Below, in pieces: positions 37,906 through 48,275 of a DNA stretch of 64,000 nt; within the stretch, counting starts at the first letter, position 1; the number at the start of each line of letters is the position of its first letter. Made by a program: the position numbers and the translations under genes. The notes under the pieces are model-generated. The model worked only from the letters and a program-made list of their open reading frames with translations. It had not been told where the DNA came from and ran no database searches. This stretch comes from Nannocystales bacterium (GTDB taxonomy: Bacteria > Myxococcota_A > Polyangia > Nannocystales > Nannocystaceae): NCBI GenBank assembly GCA_050633305.1, contig JBOEGF010000018.1, positions 448,001-512,000 of the forward strand, read 5' to 3'.

Positions 37906-39459
37906 ATGATTGTGTTGCCCCAAGCTGGCTCCGCTCGCAGAGCCCAGCGTTTGTTGCAGCGGGCGTTCGCCTGCGCTGCGCTGGTCTGTGTTTCCTGCGC
38001 CACCTACTCGGAGCGGACCGATGATGCCCGCGGCGCGCTTCGGCGAGGTGACTACGCCGGCAGTCTCGCGTTGTGGAACAAGGTCCTCAAGGTTCGCAAC
38101 GCCCAGGACATCCCGAACAAGCTCAAGAAAAACCAAGAGCTGGTCATTCTCGAGCGCGCGACCGTGCTGCAGGCGATGGGGGACTGGGAGACCAGCGCCA
38201 CCAACTTCGAGTTCGCCGACAAGGAACTCGAATTCCTGGATATCTCCCGGGACACGGCCGGCAAGATCGGCAAGTACATCTACAGCGACAGTGCGACGAA
38301 GTTCAAGACGTCGCCGACCGAGAAGCTGGCGCTCAACGCGATGAACCTGGTCAACTACCTGGTGCGCGGGGACCTCTCGGGCGCCAAGGTCGAGGCCAAG
38401 CGCTTCACCGTCATGCGGGACTACCTGCGGGATGTCGACCCCGAGGGAGAGCATGGCGCGTTCGGGTCCTACCTCGCGGGATATGTCCATGAAAGACAGG
38501 GCAACTACAACGAGGCGTTGCGGTACTACGATGAGGCGCTCACCGAGCGTGACTTCCGTACCCTGCGCGACGTGATCCCCGAGTTGGCCGCGAAGGGCAG
38601 CTACCGGGGGGAGCGCATCAAGGACTACTTGCCGCAGACCACCCCCGCACCCGTCTCGCGGCCTCCCGCGCCCAAGCCGGCACCGCAGCCCAAGCCTGCG
38701 CAAGACCCTTCGATCCAGCGGCCCGCTGCTGCGAAGCCTCCTGCTGCGGAGACGGCGGAGACCGCGCCTTCTCCGGCTTCGCCCGAGCTGGGTGCCTTGC
38801 CTCCACGATCTGGTTGGGCCGCAGCAAACGTCGCGCCGGCCGGAGGGGAGCTCCTCGTGGTGGCCAAGATCGGGCGCGTGCCTTATCGCATTCCCGAGCG
38901 GATCCCGATCGGGCTGGCGATCGGTCTCGCTGGAGCTTTTGTCACAGGTGACACCACGCTGCTGGAGTACGGGATGTTCAAGTTCGTCGTGTACCCAGAG
39001 TTGGTCCCGGCGGAGAACCTCTTCGAGACCGCGAACGTGGAGGTCGACGGCCACCCCGTGCCGATCGACCTCGCTTCGGACCTCGGCAGCGAGATCGTGG
39101 CCGAGTTCGAGGAACTCAAGCCCAAGATCATCGGCGCAGCGCTCACGCGCATGATCGCGCGGGCGGCTGCTGCGGAAGGGGCCCGCGCCGCCGGAAATCA
39201 GGCGGATGGGGCGGGCGGCTTGGTCGGTTTTCTGGCTGCAGCGGCGCTCGAGGGCACCCTCGTCGCGCTCGACAAGCCCGACACCCGGTCATGGACGACC
39301 CTGCCGGACCGGGTCTACGTCGCACGATCGCGCGTTCCTGCGGGTGCACACACCGTCGTCGTCGAGGCCGCCGGGCCTGGTGGACGCGAAACCCGGACGT
39401 TTGACGTGACGGTCCCCCAAGGGGGCTTCGTCGTGCTCGACGTCACCACCCTGCGATGA
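37906..39459 (+). CDS. COG3014-like TPR lipoprotein
   Basis: Lipobox CVSC, helical N-half, DTRSWTTLP motif; adjacent to the lpoB-like gene. Confidence 0.8.
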   Translation: MIVLPQAGSARRAQRLLQRAFACAALVCVSCATYSERTDDARGALRRGDYAGSLALWNKVLKVRNAQDIPNKLKKNQELVILERATVLQAMGDWETSATNFEFADKELEFLDISRDTAGKIGKYIYSDSATKFKTSPTEKLALNAMNLVNYLVRGDLSGAKVEAKRFTVMRDYLRDVDPEGEHGAFGSYLAGYVHERQGNYNEALRYYDEALTERDFRTLRDVIPELAAKGSYRGERIKDYLPQTTPAPVSRPPAPKPAPQPKPAQDPSIQRPAAAKPPAAETAETAPSPASPELGALPPRSGWAAANVAPAGGELLVVAKIGRVPYRIPERIPIGLAIGLAGAFVTGDTTLLEYGMFKFVVYPELVPAENLFETANVEVDGHPVPIDLASDLGSEIVAEFEELKPKIIGAALTRMIARAAAAEGARAAGNQADGAGGLVGFLAAAALEGTLVALDKPDTRSWTTLPDRVYVARSRVPAGAHTVVVEAAGPGGRETRTFDVTVPQGGFVVLDVTTLR

Positions 39460-39469
39460 GTCCCGTGTC

Positions 39470-40099
39470 ATGGTGGAGGTTATGGCGAGTTCGATGACCC
39501 GACGACGCACTCGAGGTGGTTCTTCGGTGCTGATGGCCGCCCTGCCGTTGGTGGCGGGTCTGCTCGGAGTGTTCGCGGGTCCCACCGAGGCGTCCGCCGC
39601 GGTCCGGGGCAAGCAGGGCATCGAGATCGAGGGCGCTCAAGATCGCCGCGGCTTCTATGTTGGCGGCGGTCTTGGATTCGGCGGGACGTTCTTCTACGTG
39701 GACGATTTCATCCCCGCGACGCGGATGGAGCTCGACTTCGGGGGCGGCGTGACCAAGAACTTCACGTTGGGCGCCTCGCTCAATGTGATGCCGTACCTTC
39801 AGCGGGACGCTGGTGTTGCCTTCGGTGGGGACGTCGAGGGCACGGGGTACATGTGGCGTGGCCTGTACGCCCGCGGCGGCCTCGGGTTCGCCGGCGTGCC
39901 TCGGACCGACGAAGCATCGGGCGACTCGCGGCGTGGGCTGCAGGTTGGGTTGGGCGGCAAGGCGGAAGCCGGCTACGAGTTCTGGTTGAATGCGACCGCG
40001 GCTATGGGCGTGGGCATCACCTACGATGCGCGCTTCGTCCCCGGCACCCAGTTTCCACGCCAGACCCTGCTCATCGGGCTGCGGTTCACACGATTCTAA
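39470..40099 (+). CDS. Putative outer-membrane beta-barrel protein
   Basis: Signal peptide, RRGFYVGGGLGFG, alternating beta pattern, C-terminal Phe. Confidence 0.7.
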   Translation: MVEVMASSMTRRRTRGGSSVLMAALPLVAGLLGVFAGPTEASAAVRGKQGIEIEGAQDRRGFYVGGGLGFGGTFFYVDDFIPATRMELDFGGGVTKNFTLGASLNVMPYLQRDAGVAFGGDVEGTGYMWRGLYARGGLGFAGVPRTDEASGDSRRGLQVGLGGKAEAGYEFWLNATAAMGVGITYDARFVPGTQFPRQTLLIGLRFTRF

Positions 40100-40247
40100 G
40101 ACACGCGGTGCTCCGGCGAGACGGTTCCGGACCGCTCGGCGCGGCCCGACGCGGTGACCTCGAATAGGCGTCCGACTCGAACGCGTCCTCAACGACCGCG
40201 ACCTCCAGCTCGTGTTCGGCCGCGACGCGTTGGACTGAGAGTCAGAG

Positions 40248-41195
40248 CTAGCGGCAGAGCTGGCGGATTGAGCCGTCGGACTGGAAACTCTCGTAGCAGG
40301 GTCGGTCGTCGTCGGGGTGGGCGAAGGCGTAGCAACACTCGAGCTCGTCGCCGCCCGTCTCGCCTGCCGAGTCCCCGGGGGTTGAGCCCGGGCACGCGGC
40401 GTTGCGGCGCAGGCAGCAGCCGTCGTCGATCTTCACGAAGCTTCGGCAGTCCTCGCCGCAGGTTACGTTGGGACGTTCGGTCTCCGGGCTGTCGCACAGG
40501 GGTCCGAACTCGGAGTCGAGACGGACCGGATCGAAGCGCTCCTCGTCGCACCACTCCGCTGAGCTGCTCAGGCCCTCTTGCACCGGGATGCGGTCGTCTT
40601 GGACCGCATCTCCACAAAAGCCGCACCCGGAACGTTCGAAGCGGCAGTCCGGGCGGCACAACGAGGTCTCGCCGGAGGTGAAGGGCTTCGTCGGCGAGGC
40701 CAGCGGAGGGATCTCTTCGGGGGTTCCGAGGTTGGCGCCCGCACAGGGACGTGCTGTGCCGAGGTCTCCCTGGTTGCCTGGATCGCACTCCTCGCCCTCG
40801 TCGACTGTGCCGTTCCCGCACGCGTCGCACTCGGAGAAGTCGAGCAAGCAGTTGTCGGCGCACTGGAGTCCTGGGCTCCCGCCAGGACACACGCGACCGT
40901 TGAGGCTGTCCCCGTCGCACTCCTCGCCGCGGTCAATGTCGACCAAGCCATCGCCGCAAACGGAGCACTGGGTCGGGTCGTTGATGATCTGGCAGCTGTT
41001 GGGGTCGCAGTCGGCTCGGCCCTGCACACCCGGGCACGCACCTTCGAAGCTCGAGGGAACTTCGGGGTCGCACTCCTCACCGGCCCGGATGTCGACAAAG
41101 CCATCGCCACACGCGATCTCGTTGTCGAGCCGGAGGAGACATCCGGGGCTGGCACCCACGAGAAGTGCCGCCCCCAGTGCGAGCGTTCGCCGCAT
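40248..41195 (-). CDS. Cys-rich repeat lipoprotein (myxococcal CGDG/CGNG repeats)
   Basis: MRRTLALGAALLVGASPGC; CGDGFVD..GEECD, CGDGLVD..GEECDG, CGNGTVDEGEECD. Confidence 0.85.
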   Translation of the reverse strand: MRRTLALGAALLVGASPGCLLRLDNEIACGDGFVDIRAGEECDPEVPSSFEGACPGVQGRADCDPNSCQIINDPTQCSVCGDGLVDIDRGEECDGDSLNGRVCPGGSPGLQCADNCLLDFSECDACGNGTVDEGEECDPGNQGDLGTARPCAGANLGTPEEIPPLASPTKPFTSGETSLCRPDCRFERSGCGFCGDAVQDDRIPVQEGLSSSAEWCDEERFDPVRLDSEFGPLCDSPETERPNVTCGEDCRSFVKIDDGCCLRRNAACPGSTPGDSAGETGGDELECCYAFAHPDDDRPCYESFQSDGSIRQLCR

Positions 41196-41285
41196 GCGGG
41201 GATAGTAGCTTGCCTCGGTCCCTGCCCAAACCGCCGCAATCTCGACTCGGCCGACCGACTGCCACGGGGGTATAGTCCCGCTCCA

Positions 41286-42308
41286 ATGGTGCTCCAGAAC
41301 CCCGCGTTCCTGCAGGCGTGCCGCGGCGAGACCCCCGCCCACACGCCCCTTTGGCTCATGCGGCAGGCGGGTCGGTACTTGCCCGAGTATCGGGAGATTC
41401 GTTCGAAGGTTTCGTTTTTGGAGTTGTGCCGGACGCCCGAGCTTTGCGCCGAGGTCACGCTTCAGCCGATCGATCGCTTCGGGTTCGACGCCGCGATCCT
41501 GTTCTCCGACATCCTCACGGTGTTCGACGCGATGGGCGTCAAGGTCGAGTTCTCGCCGGCGCCGACGGTGGCGGATCCGATCCGGACCGTGGCCGACGTC
41601 AACCGGTTGCAGTTCCGTCCCGCGGCCGAGGGGTTGGGCTACGTGTTCGACGCGGTCAAGGCTTGCAAGGCCGCGCTGGCGGACCGGGTCCCGCTGATTG
41701 GATTCTGCGGTGCGCCGATGACGACGGCCTCGTACATGATCGAAGGCGCGGGCAGCAAAGACTTCGTGCACACCAAGTCGATGGCGTTCACGGAGCCGGC
41801 CGTGTTCGGCGGGATGCTCGAGAACATCACCACGCTGCTGATCGACTACCTTCGGGGCCAAGTCGACGCGGGAGCCGATGCCCTGCAGATCTTCGAGAGC
41901 TGGGGGGCGGCGTTCTCGGTCGAGGACTACCGTCTGCATGTGCTTCCCCACGTTCAACGTCTCGTCTCCGAGGTGAAAGCGTTCGGGGTCCCGGTAATCT
42001 TGTTCCTACGCGGCAACTCGGGGCTGATGTCACTCGCCTCCGAGGCCGGGGCGGATGTCATCGGGATTGGCTGGGACCGTTCGCTCTCCGACGCGCTGGA
42101 TGTGGTGGGGCGAGACAAGGTCGTGCAGGGCAACCTCGACCCAATTGCCTTGTTCGCGCCCGAAGACGAGATCACACGGCGCGCCAAGTCGATCGTCGAG
42201 GCGGGTCGAACCGCTCGTGGTCACATCTTCAACCTGGGCCATGGCATCTCGCGGCTCACCGACCCCGCCAAGGTCAAGCATCTCGTCGACGTGGTGCATT
42301 CGGCATGA
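41286..42308 (+). CDS. hemE: Uroporphyrinogen decarboxylase
   Basis: TPLWLMRQAGRYLPEY, DAAILFSDIL, IGFCGAPMT, QGNLDP, HIFNLGHG. Confidence 0.97.
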   Translation: MVLQNPAFLQACRGETPAHTPLWLMRQAGRYLPEYREIRSKVSFLELCRTPELCAEVTLQPIDRFGFDAAILFSDILTVFDAMGVKVEFSPAPTVADPIRTVADVNRLQFRPAAEGLGYVFDAVKACKAALADRVPLIGFCGAPMTTASYMIEGAGSKDFVHTKSMAFTEPAVFGGMLENITTLLIDYLRGQVDAGADALQIFESWGAAFSVEDYRLHVLPHVQRLVSEVKAFGVPVILFLRGNSGLMSLASEAGADVIGIGWDRSLSDALDVVGRDKVVQGNLDPIALFAPEDEITRRAKSIVEAGRTARGHIFNLGHGISRLTDPAKVKHLVDVVHSA

Positions 42309-42868
42309 AGCGAGCGTGGGGGGCGTTGGCGCTGTGCATCGGCTGCGCGCCGAGTTCGGCGACGCCCTCGCTCGAGCCCCCACCCGATTCCCCTCCGGCA
42401 TCCGCGGTCGACGAGGCGTCGGCCCAGGCATCCGCCGCGCCGCGTGAGGGGGTGCCCATCGAGCTCGATGTGCCGCTGATCTCCGGCGAGTCGGAGGCCT
42501 TGGCTGCCCTGCGAGGCAAGGTCGTTGTGCTCATGTTGTCGTCTTCGGACCGCCCCGGTTGGTCCGGGTTCCGATCGCACTTCGAATCCCGTCTCGATCA
42601 GATTGGACGCGAGCGCTTGGTGGTCGTCGCTGTGGCCAACGACGCGGACCCCGAACACCTCAAGGCGGAGTGGGACCGTGATCCACCCCCGTTCCTCCTC
42701 GGCTGGGATCCCGACGGTGCGCTCGCCTTGAGGCTGGGTGTCGCGGCGCTGCCCGCGGTGTTCGTACTCGATCCGGACGGTCACGCGAGGGGGAACCTGG
42801 CCAGCGTGGATGCGGCCGCGCTGGCGACCATCGACGCGTGGGTCGACGAAGCGCTGGCCTCGCGGTGA
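42305..42868 (+). CDS. TlpA/redoxin-fold lipoprotein lacking CxxC
   Basis: CIGC lipobox; LAALRGKVVVL, VVAVAND, WDPDGALA, LPAVFVLDPDG; ATGA overlap with hemE. Confidence 0.8.
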   Translation: MKRAWGALALCIGCAPSSATPSLEPPPDSPPASAVDEASAQASAAPREGVPIELDVPLISGESEALAALRGKVVVLMLSSSDRPGWSGFRSHFESRLDQIGRERLVVVAVANDADPEHLKAEWDRDPPPFLLGWDPDGALALRLGVAALPAVFVLDPDGHARGNLASVDAAALATIDAWVDEALASR

Positions 42869-42916
42869 CGCCGACCGCTCGGGCTCGGGTGCCCCAGCCC
42901 GGGTTGGTGTGTCGCG

Positions 42917-43951
42917 TCAGCCAGCTCGACGCTGGGTCGAGCTTTGAACCGCTTCGAGGTGCGCGGCGACGGTCGTCCACTCGGGGCGGAGCTCGAGTGC
43001 CCGCTCCAGGTGCGTGATGGCTTTGGCCCGGTCTCCCGCGTCGTCTCGCGCCAGAAGTGCGATCCCCAGGCTGACGTGGCCCCGGGCGTGGTTGGGCGAC
43101 TCCTCCACCAGGAACTGGAAAATCCCGATCGCATCGTCGAGTTGGCCCGACTTCTGGAAGGCTATGCCGAACTCGTGGAGGACGGACGAGCCGTACTCGC
43201 CGGCCCAGACGGTCCCGAGCAGGAGTTGACGGGCGGTGTCGGGGTCCCGGCGGACCAGCAGGCCACGGGCCCGGTCCAGGGCGAGCTGTCCTGGACGCGC
43301 AAGCGTACGCGCGCGTCGGTGAAGCTTGGTGCGGCACCGTCTGCACGGGGTCGTGGGTGCGTCGTCGAGAGAGACGACCGAAGGGTCGCGGCGCATCACG
43401 CAGTTGTCGTCGGCGTGGTGGTGGAGCCCAAAGGTGTGCCCCGCTTCGTGCATGACGAGTTTGGTGAGGCGGTCCGCGTAGAGGCGCTCGTCGCTGGACT
43501 GGAGCCGTGCGGTCGAGATGATCGCGATCCGATCGGAGAGGCTGGCGAGTCCGAATACGAAGGGTTTCCCGTCTTCGAAGATGTCGTCCGCGGTCAGGTC
43601 GATCTCGACCAATGCATCCGCGGCGCGGTCCCGGAACAGCAACTCCAGGCCCTTGCGGGCGTCGACTTGGCCCCGTTTCGCGTCGAACGCGGAGGTCAGG
43701 ACGTCGGTCGGCCGTCCCGCGCGAACCTCACAGCGCACCCGCAGCTGGGCGAGCAATGCCCGGCACGCCAGGCGGGCATCCGCATCCGAGACTGCGCCCA
43801 CGGTCCGTACGACCACCAGGGGAGGGCGGGGATCCGTGGCGGAGACCGAATCGTCGGCCTCTGCGACCGCGGGCATGCCCAGCCCGCACAGCGCGATGGC
43901 TGTGAACGCGGCCCAAAGGAGACCGCCGAGGCTGTAGAGACGACGTTGCAT
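42917..43951 (-). CDS. Exported archaemetzincin-like Zn metalloprotease with C-terminal TPR
   Basis: FVFGLA, ISTARL, HEAGHTFGLHH...CVM...CRRC; TPR-like tail; signal peptide. Confidence 0.85.
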   Translation of the reverse strand: MQRRLYSLGGLLWAAFTAIALCGLGMPAVAEADDSVSATDPRPPLVVVRTVGAVSDADARLACRALLAQLRVRCEVRAGRPTDVLTSAFDAKRGQVDARKGLELLFRDRAADALVEIDLTADDIFEDGKPFVFGLASLSDRIAIISTARLQSSDERLYADRLTKLVMHEAGHTFGLHHHADDNCVMRRDPSVVSLDDAPTTPCRRCRTKLHRRARTLARPGQLALDRARGLLVRRDPDTARQLLLGTVWAGEYGSSVLHEFGIAFQKSGQLDDAIGIFQFLVEESPNHARGHVSLGIALLARDDAGDRAKAITHLERALELRPEWTTVAAHLEAVQSSTQRRAG

Positions 43952-44122
43952 GACGCGCAGTGGCGACCCGGGTTCCGCGTTGGGGCCTTGACGATCCACG
44001 GTACGTGTCGAGGCTGCTCCGTCCAAGTAGGAAAATGTGCTAATCCCGGGCGGAGGACGTCCATCGCCTCAGAAGACCGGTATTGGCCGGTTGGAACAGC
44101 GTTGAACGAAATCGCTCGCACC

Positions 44123-45079
44123 ATGTCGAAACCCGAGGATCGTGCGTCTGTATCGCAACCCGGCGGCTCCCGGCCCAGCAGCGGACAGGGGGAGTCGGCA
44201 CCCGCGCGGGATCCGATCTGGACGGTGCGCGAACTCATGACATGGACCCAGGACCGGTTCACGAAGGCCGGCATCGACGGCGCGCGGACCGACGTCGAAT
44301 ACTTGCTGTCCGCCGCGATGGGCTGCGATCGCATGTCTTTGTATGTCCGGCACGACGATGCGGTCTCCGCCGAGGCGAAGACGATCTTTCGGGGTTGGGT
44401 CAAGCGGCGGCTTGCACGGGAACCCGTGGCGTACCTGCTCGGCCGTCGTGGATTCCATGCGCTCGACCTCGAACTCGAGGTCGACAATCGGGTTCTCGTT
44501 CCGCGTCCGGACACCGAGCACCTCGTCGACTGGCTGCTCGAGGAGTTCCCCGAGAGCGCGTCCGAGGGAGCGAGGGTCCTGGACGTGGGAACGGGATCTG
44601 GCGCGGTGGCGCTTGCGATCGCGAAAGCGCGGCCGAAGGCCAAGGTGACGGCTTGCGACGTCAGTGATGACGCGCTGGCGCTGGCGGCCAAGAACGCGAG
44701 CACCGCCGCTCTCGAGGTCGACTTCCTCCGCTCTGACCTGCTCGCGGATGTGCCGAAGCCGGAGGGGGGATGGGCCGCGATCGCGTCCAACCTCCCCTAC
44801 ATTCCCTCCGGTGAACTCGACGCGCTGCAGCCCGAGGTGGCCCGCTGGGAGCCGCGCCTTGCCCTCGATGGCGGTCCCGATGGCCTCGACCTCATCCGGA
44901 AGCTGGTGACCGCTGCGACGGAGGCGCTCGCGCCGGGGGCTGGCCTGTACCTGGAGCTCGGGCACGACCAGTCCGAAGCTGTGCAAGCCTTGATGCGCGA
45001 TGCGGGCTTTGTCGGCGTCGCGGCGCGCAAGGACTACGGGCAGATCGAGCGAGTCGTTCGCGGCCACAGACCCCAGTGA
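44123..45079 (+). CDS. prmC: Release factor glutamine methyltransferase
   Basis: RRLAREPVAYL, VLVPRPDTE, DVGTGSGA, SNLPY, EPRLALDGG. Confidence 0.95.
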   Translation: MSKPEDRASVSQPGGSRPSSGQGESAPARDPIWTVRELMTWTQDRFTKAGIDGARTDVEYLLSAAMGCDRMSLYVRHDDAVSAEAKTIFRGWVKRRLAREPVAYLLGRRGFHALDLELEVDNRVLVPRPDTEHLVDWLLEEFPESASEGARVLDVGTGSGAVALAIAKARPKAKVTACDVSDDALALAAKNASTAALEVDFLRSDLLADVPKPEGGWAAIASNLPYIPSGELDALQPEVARWEPRLALDGGPDGLDLIRKLVTAATEALAPGAGLYLELGHDQSEAVQALMRDAGFVGVAARKDYGQIERVVRGHRPQ

Positions 45080-45126
45080 CCCGCGCGTTTTTTGGCCCGG
45101 GCCACGCGCCACGCTAGCGTTCGGGC

Positions 45127-45702
45127 ATGCTGCGTTCCGCCTGCGTTCTCGCGTTGCTCACCCTCGCCTCGGGCTGCATGACCGGCGACGGGATGGCTAC
45201 GAAGATCCGGGACACGACAACCGCCTACAACCGGGCGCTGCGCTGGGGGGACATCGACCACGCCGTCGAGTACGTGCCGCCACAGTCGAAGCAGCAGTTC
45301 TTGGACCGCTACGACATCACCGAGGACAAGCTGGTGGTCGTGGAGTACGAGGTGACGCGGTTGGACCTCGATCGCGAGCGCGGTGTCGCCGCGAGTCGGG
45401 CCGAGATCGTCTGGCATACCGACCGCGATCTCGTCGTCGAGCGCACCTTCGTCGACCAACTATGGCAGTTCCATGACGGATCATTCGTTCTCGTGGACGA
45501 GCGTCGATCTGGGGGAACACCCCTGAGTATCTTCGCTGAGGCCGCCGAAGACCCCCATCCCTACCTTCCTGGGCTGGAGGCGTATCGGAAAGAACACAAG
45601 ATCGGCGAAAAGAACAAGTTCGAGAAGTCCAAGCGGCGCAAGCGGAAAGAAGCCAAAGAGGCGAACCAGGCGAGAAGGGCCGAGCCGGTCGCACTTCGGT
45701 GA
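45127..45702 (+). CDS. Hypothetical lipoprotein
   Basis: Lipobox ASGC; YNRALRWGD; basic C-terminal tail. Confidence 0.75.
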   Translation: MLRSACVLALLTLASGCMTGDGMATKIRDTTTAYNRALRWGDIDHAVEYVPPQSKQQFLDRYDITEDKLVVVEYEVTRLDLDRERGVAASRAEIVWHTDRDLVVERTFVDQLWQFHDGSFVLVDERRSGGTPLSIFAEAAEDPHPYLPGLEAYRKEHKIGEKNKFEKSKRRKRKEAKEANQARRAEPVALR

Positions 45703-45741
45703 CCGTGTGCCGGCGCCGATACGATCGTATCTTTGGCCGCC

Positions 45742-48222
45742 ATGAGCCCGAGCCGCAATGATCGGTCGTCGTTCACGGTCCCCGCGACCAGCGGTGACCT
45801 GATCGGCGACATGCAGCGGCAGAATCGGCGACGCATTCTCAAACGTGCCGCGCAGATTACTGCGCTGGGCACCGTGCTGCTGTTGGCCGGGTTCGGCATC
45901 AAGCACCTCGCGGATCAGCGAGACCGGGACAACGTCATCGAGCGGGTTGAGGTGCAGTACGTGCAGGGCACGGTCGCGGACCTGGTCGGCGCGGTCGAGC
46001 TCGCCGAGCTGGGTCTGCAGCGTCACCCCGATCACGCCCCACTTCAGGGCGCCCGGGGTCTGATGCGGGCTCACCTGTGGGCGGAGTTCGGCAGCGACCA
46101 GGCGGCCGCCGCTGCTGCCGTGGACGCACTCCCGCCCTCGCCCGCAAAAACGATCGGCGAGGGCATGCTTGCGTTCGCGGCCGGAGACATCGATGCGGCC
46201 GCCGCGGCGCTCGACGTCGACCTTGGGGAGGCCGCGTCCACCTTCGAGCAGCTCGAGCTGACGTGGTTGCAAGGGATGGTCGCAGCAGCTCGGGCCGAGG
46301 CGGATCCCGAACGCATGGCGGCGACGCTGGAGGTGCTTGGTGCTCGTGTCGACGCCGGTGATGCGGGCACATCGCTGCGGCGTGTCCAGGCGTACTTGCT
46401 GCTGCTCTCGGGGCAGAGCGAGCCCGCACTCGACATGTTGTCCGCCGCGCGGGGGCAAGCCCGGTCCCACTACGGACTGGCTGCCGACGAGGCGTTGTTC
46501 AACGCCCACCTCCATCAAGAACTCGGCGGTGTCGCCAGCGTGGCAGACCAGCTTCTGGCCATGTCGCCCGAGGCTCTCTCTCCGCGAGATCGCGCCCACG
46601 CTGCGCTGTCGCGGGCGGTGGCGCATGTTGCCGAGGGGGAGCCCGACGATGCGCTCGAGCGCCTGGACGAGGCGTGGCCCAATTTGTCGGCGTGGAACAT
46701 GCTAGCGCGCCGACTGGCGGTTCAGACCGCGCTCGATGCTGGCGACACGAAACGCTACGAGGACTGGCTCGAAACCTCCGCGTTCGGCGAGGACGAGAAA
46801 GCGATCTACCGAGCCTGGGCGACCTTGATCGGCGGGGACGTCATGAAGGCGCTATCGCAGCTCGAGAAAGCCCCCCAGGCGCATCCTTGGGTCGGTCTGC
46901 TTCAGGCGTTGGCGCTGGTCGAACAGGGGCGATGGGAAGAGGCCAAGCCCTGGGTCGACCGCGCAGGGAAGCTGTTGCCGGGGCGCCACGACCTCGAGGT
47001 CGCCGCGGCTCGCGTCGATCTGCGGCTTGGCGACAAGGCGCTGGCGCTGCGTCGACTCGAAGCGCTCGCGGAACAAGAGGCGCATGCCCCACGAGCTTTC
47101 ACAGGACTCGGCGAGGCGCATCTCCTGCAAGACGGGGACGACAGGAGCGACAAGAGAGCCAAGCGAGCGTTGGAAAAGGCCGTAGATCGGGAGTCGGCAC
47201 CCGCCGAAGCGAAGTTCCTGCTCAGCGGCATCTTGCACCGCCGTCGGATGAAGGATCCAGAGGCGGAGGAGAGGGCGCTCGAACTGCTGCGATCAGCCGC
47301 CAAGACGAACCCCCACCTTCCGCGGTACCGCATTGCGCTGGCCGGATACTTGGCGGACCTCGGCTACACACGTGAGGCCCTCGAGCGCATGGACAAGCTG
47401 CGTGGCGAAGTCGGCGTCTCGTGGCCCTTCATGCTGCGACACGCACGCATGCTCGTGGAACGGAGGGGTCCGCTGGACGAAAAGGGCGTCGAGGCGCTTC
47501 TAAAGTCCGCCGAGGAGGCGGGCGCGGACGCGGCTTCGCTTCGCAAGGAGCGCGCGCGAATCGATCTCCGGGTGGGGTCGAAGGAGTCGTTGGCGAAGGC
47601 TCAACTCGAACTCGAAGCGTTGATCGCCGAACGACCCGCCGATACGGACGCCCACGTATTGCTGGCGATGACACTGCTCAAGCAGTTCGACCGCAAAGGG
47701 GCGGATGCGGTCGCTCGACGAGCCGTTGCGACCGTCGCTGCCGACGACATCGGCCTGCTCCGGCTCGCGCGCGCGAAGATCTCCGCGCGGGTGGGGCGTA
47801 CCGTCCAGGCCGCACCGATGGCCCGTTCGGCCTGGACTGCGTTGCTCTCCGCCGAGTCGGTGACGACGGCCCAACTCTTGGATGCCGGGGCCCTCACGAC
47901 GCGACTTTGGACCCGGCGGAAGAAAGACGCCGTCGCGCTACGGGTCGCCCGGGAGCTGACGGATCGCGTGGCCTATCACGCCGACGCCTGGACGATCCGA
48001 GCTCGCACAGAGTTGGCCGCGAATGAGGCGTCGAGTGCTCGCGAGAGCGCCAGGACAGCGCTCGAACTCGATGAGAACAACCCCGGCGCCCACGAGATCC
48101 AGGGGCACTGCCTGCTGCGCTTCGGTGACAAGGCAGGGGCCCGCAAGGCGTACGAACAGGCGATTGAGCTCGCGAGCGCGTCCGAGAAGGACACCTACCG
48201 GGCCAATCTCAAGCGTCTGTAA
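45742..48222 (+). CDS. Membrane-anchored TPR protein
   Basis: N-terminal TM then Ala/Leu-rich TPR-like helices to the C-terminus. Confidence 0.8.
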   Translation: MSPSRNDRSSFTVPATSGDLIGDMQRQNRRRILKRAAQITALGTVLLLAGFGIKHLADQRDRDNVIERVEVQYVQGTVADLVGAVELAELGLQRHPDHAPLQGARGLMRAHLWAEFGSDQAAAAAAVDALPPSPAKTIGEGMLAFAAGDIDAAAAALDVDLGEAASTFEQLELTWLQGMVAAARAEADPERMAATLEVLGARVDAGDAGTSLRRVQAYLLLLSGQSEPALDMLSAARGQARSHYGLAADEALFNAHLHQELGGVASVADQLLAMSPEALSPRDRAHAALSRAVAHVAEGEPDDALERLDEAWPNLSAWNMLARRLAVQTALDAGDTKRYEDWLETSAFGEDEKAIYRAWATLIGGDVMKALSQLEKAPQAHPWVGLLQALALVEQGRWEEAKPWVDRAGKLLPGRHDLEVAAARVDLRLGDKALALRRLEALAEQEAHAPRAFTGLGEAHLLQDGDDRSDKRAKRALEKAVDRESAPAEAKFLLSGILHRRRMKDPEAEERALELLRSAAKTNPHLPRYRIALAGYLADLGYTREALERMDKLRGEVGVSWPFMLRHARMLVERRGPLDEKGVEALLKSAEEAGADAASLRKERARIDLRVGSKESLAKAQLELEALIAERPADTDAHVLLAMTLLKQFDRKGADAVARRAVATVAADDIGLLRLARAKISARVGRTVQAAPMARSAWTALLSAESVTTAQLLDAGALTTRLWTRRKKDAVALRVARELTDRVAYHADAWTIRARTELAANEASSARESARTALELDENNPGAHEIQGHCLLRFGDKAGARKAYEQAIELASASEKDTYRANLKRL

Positions 48223-48275
48223 GCGGCTCGGGACGAACCGAACCGCTTCGGACCGCCCCGACTCCGGAGCAGGAC

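Noticed and set aside
36919..40099. DUF493-lpoB-COG3014-beta-barrel cluster as novel
   Set aside because: LpoB-like plus COG3014 linkage is a familiar conserved neighbourhood; listed as features only.
40248..45079. Apparent long fusions or N-terminal extensions in the ORF track (40578-42308, 40248-41957, 41318-42868, 42944-45079)
   Set aside because: The extensions overlap real genes on the other strand or frame; recognisable homology starts at downstream ATGs.
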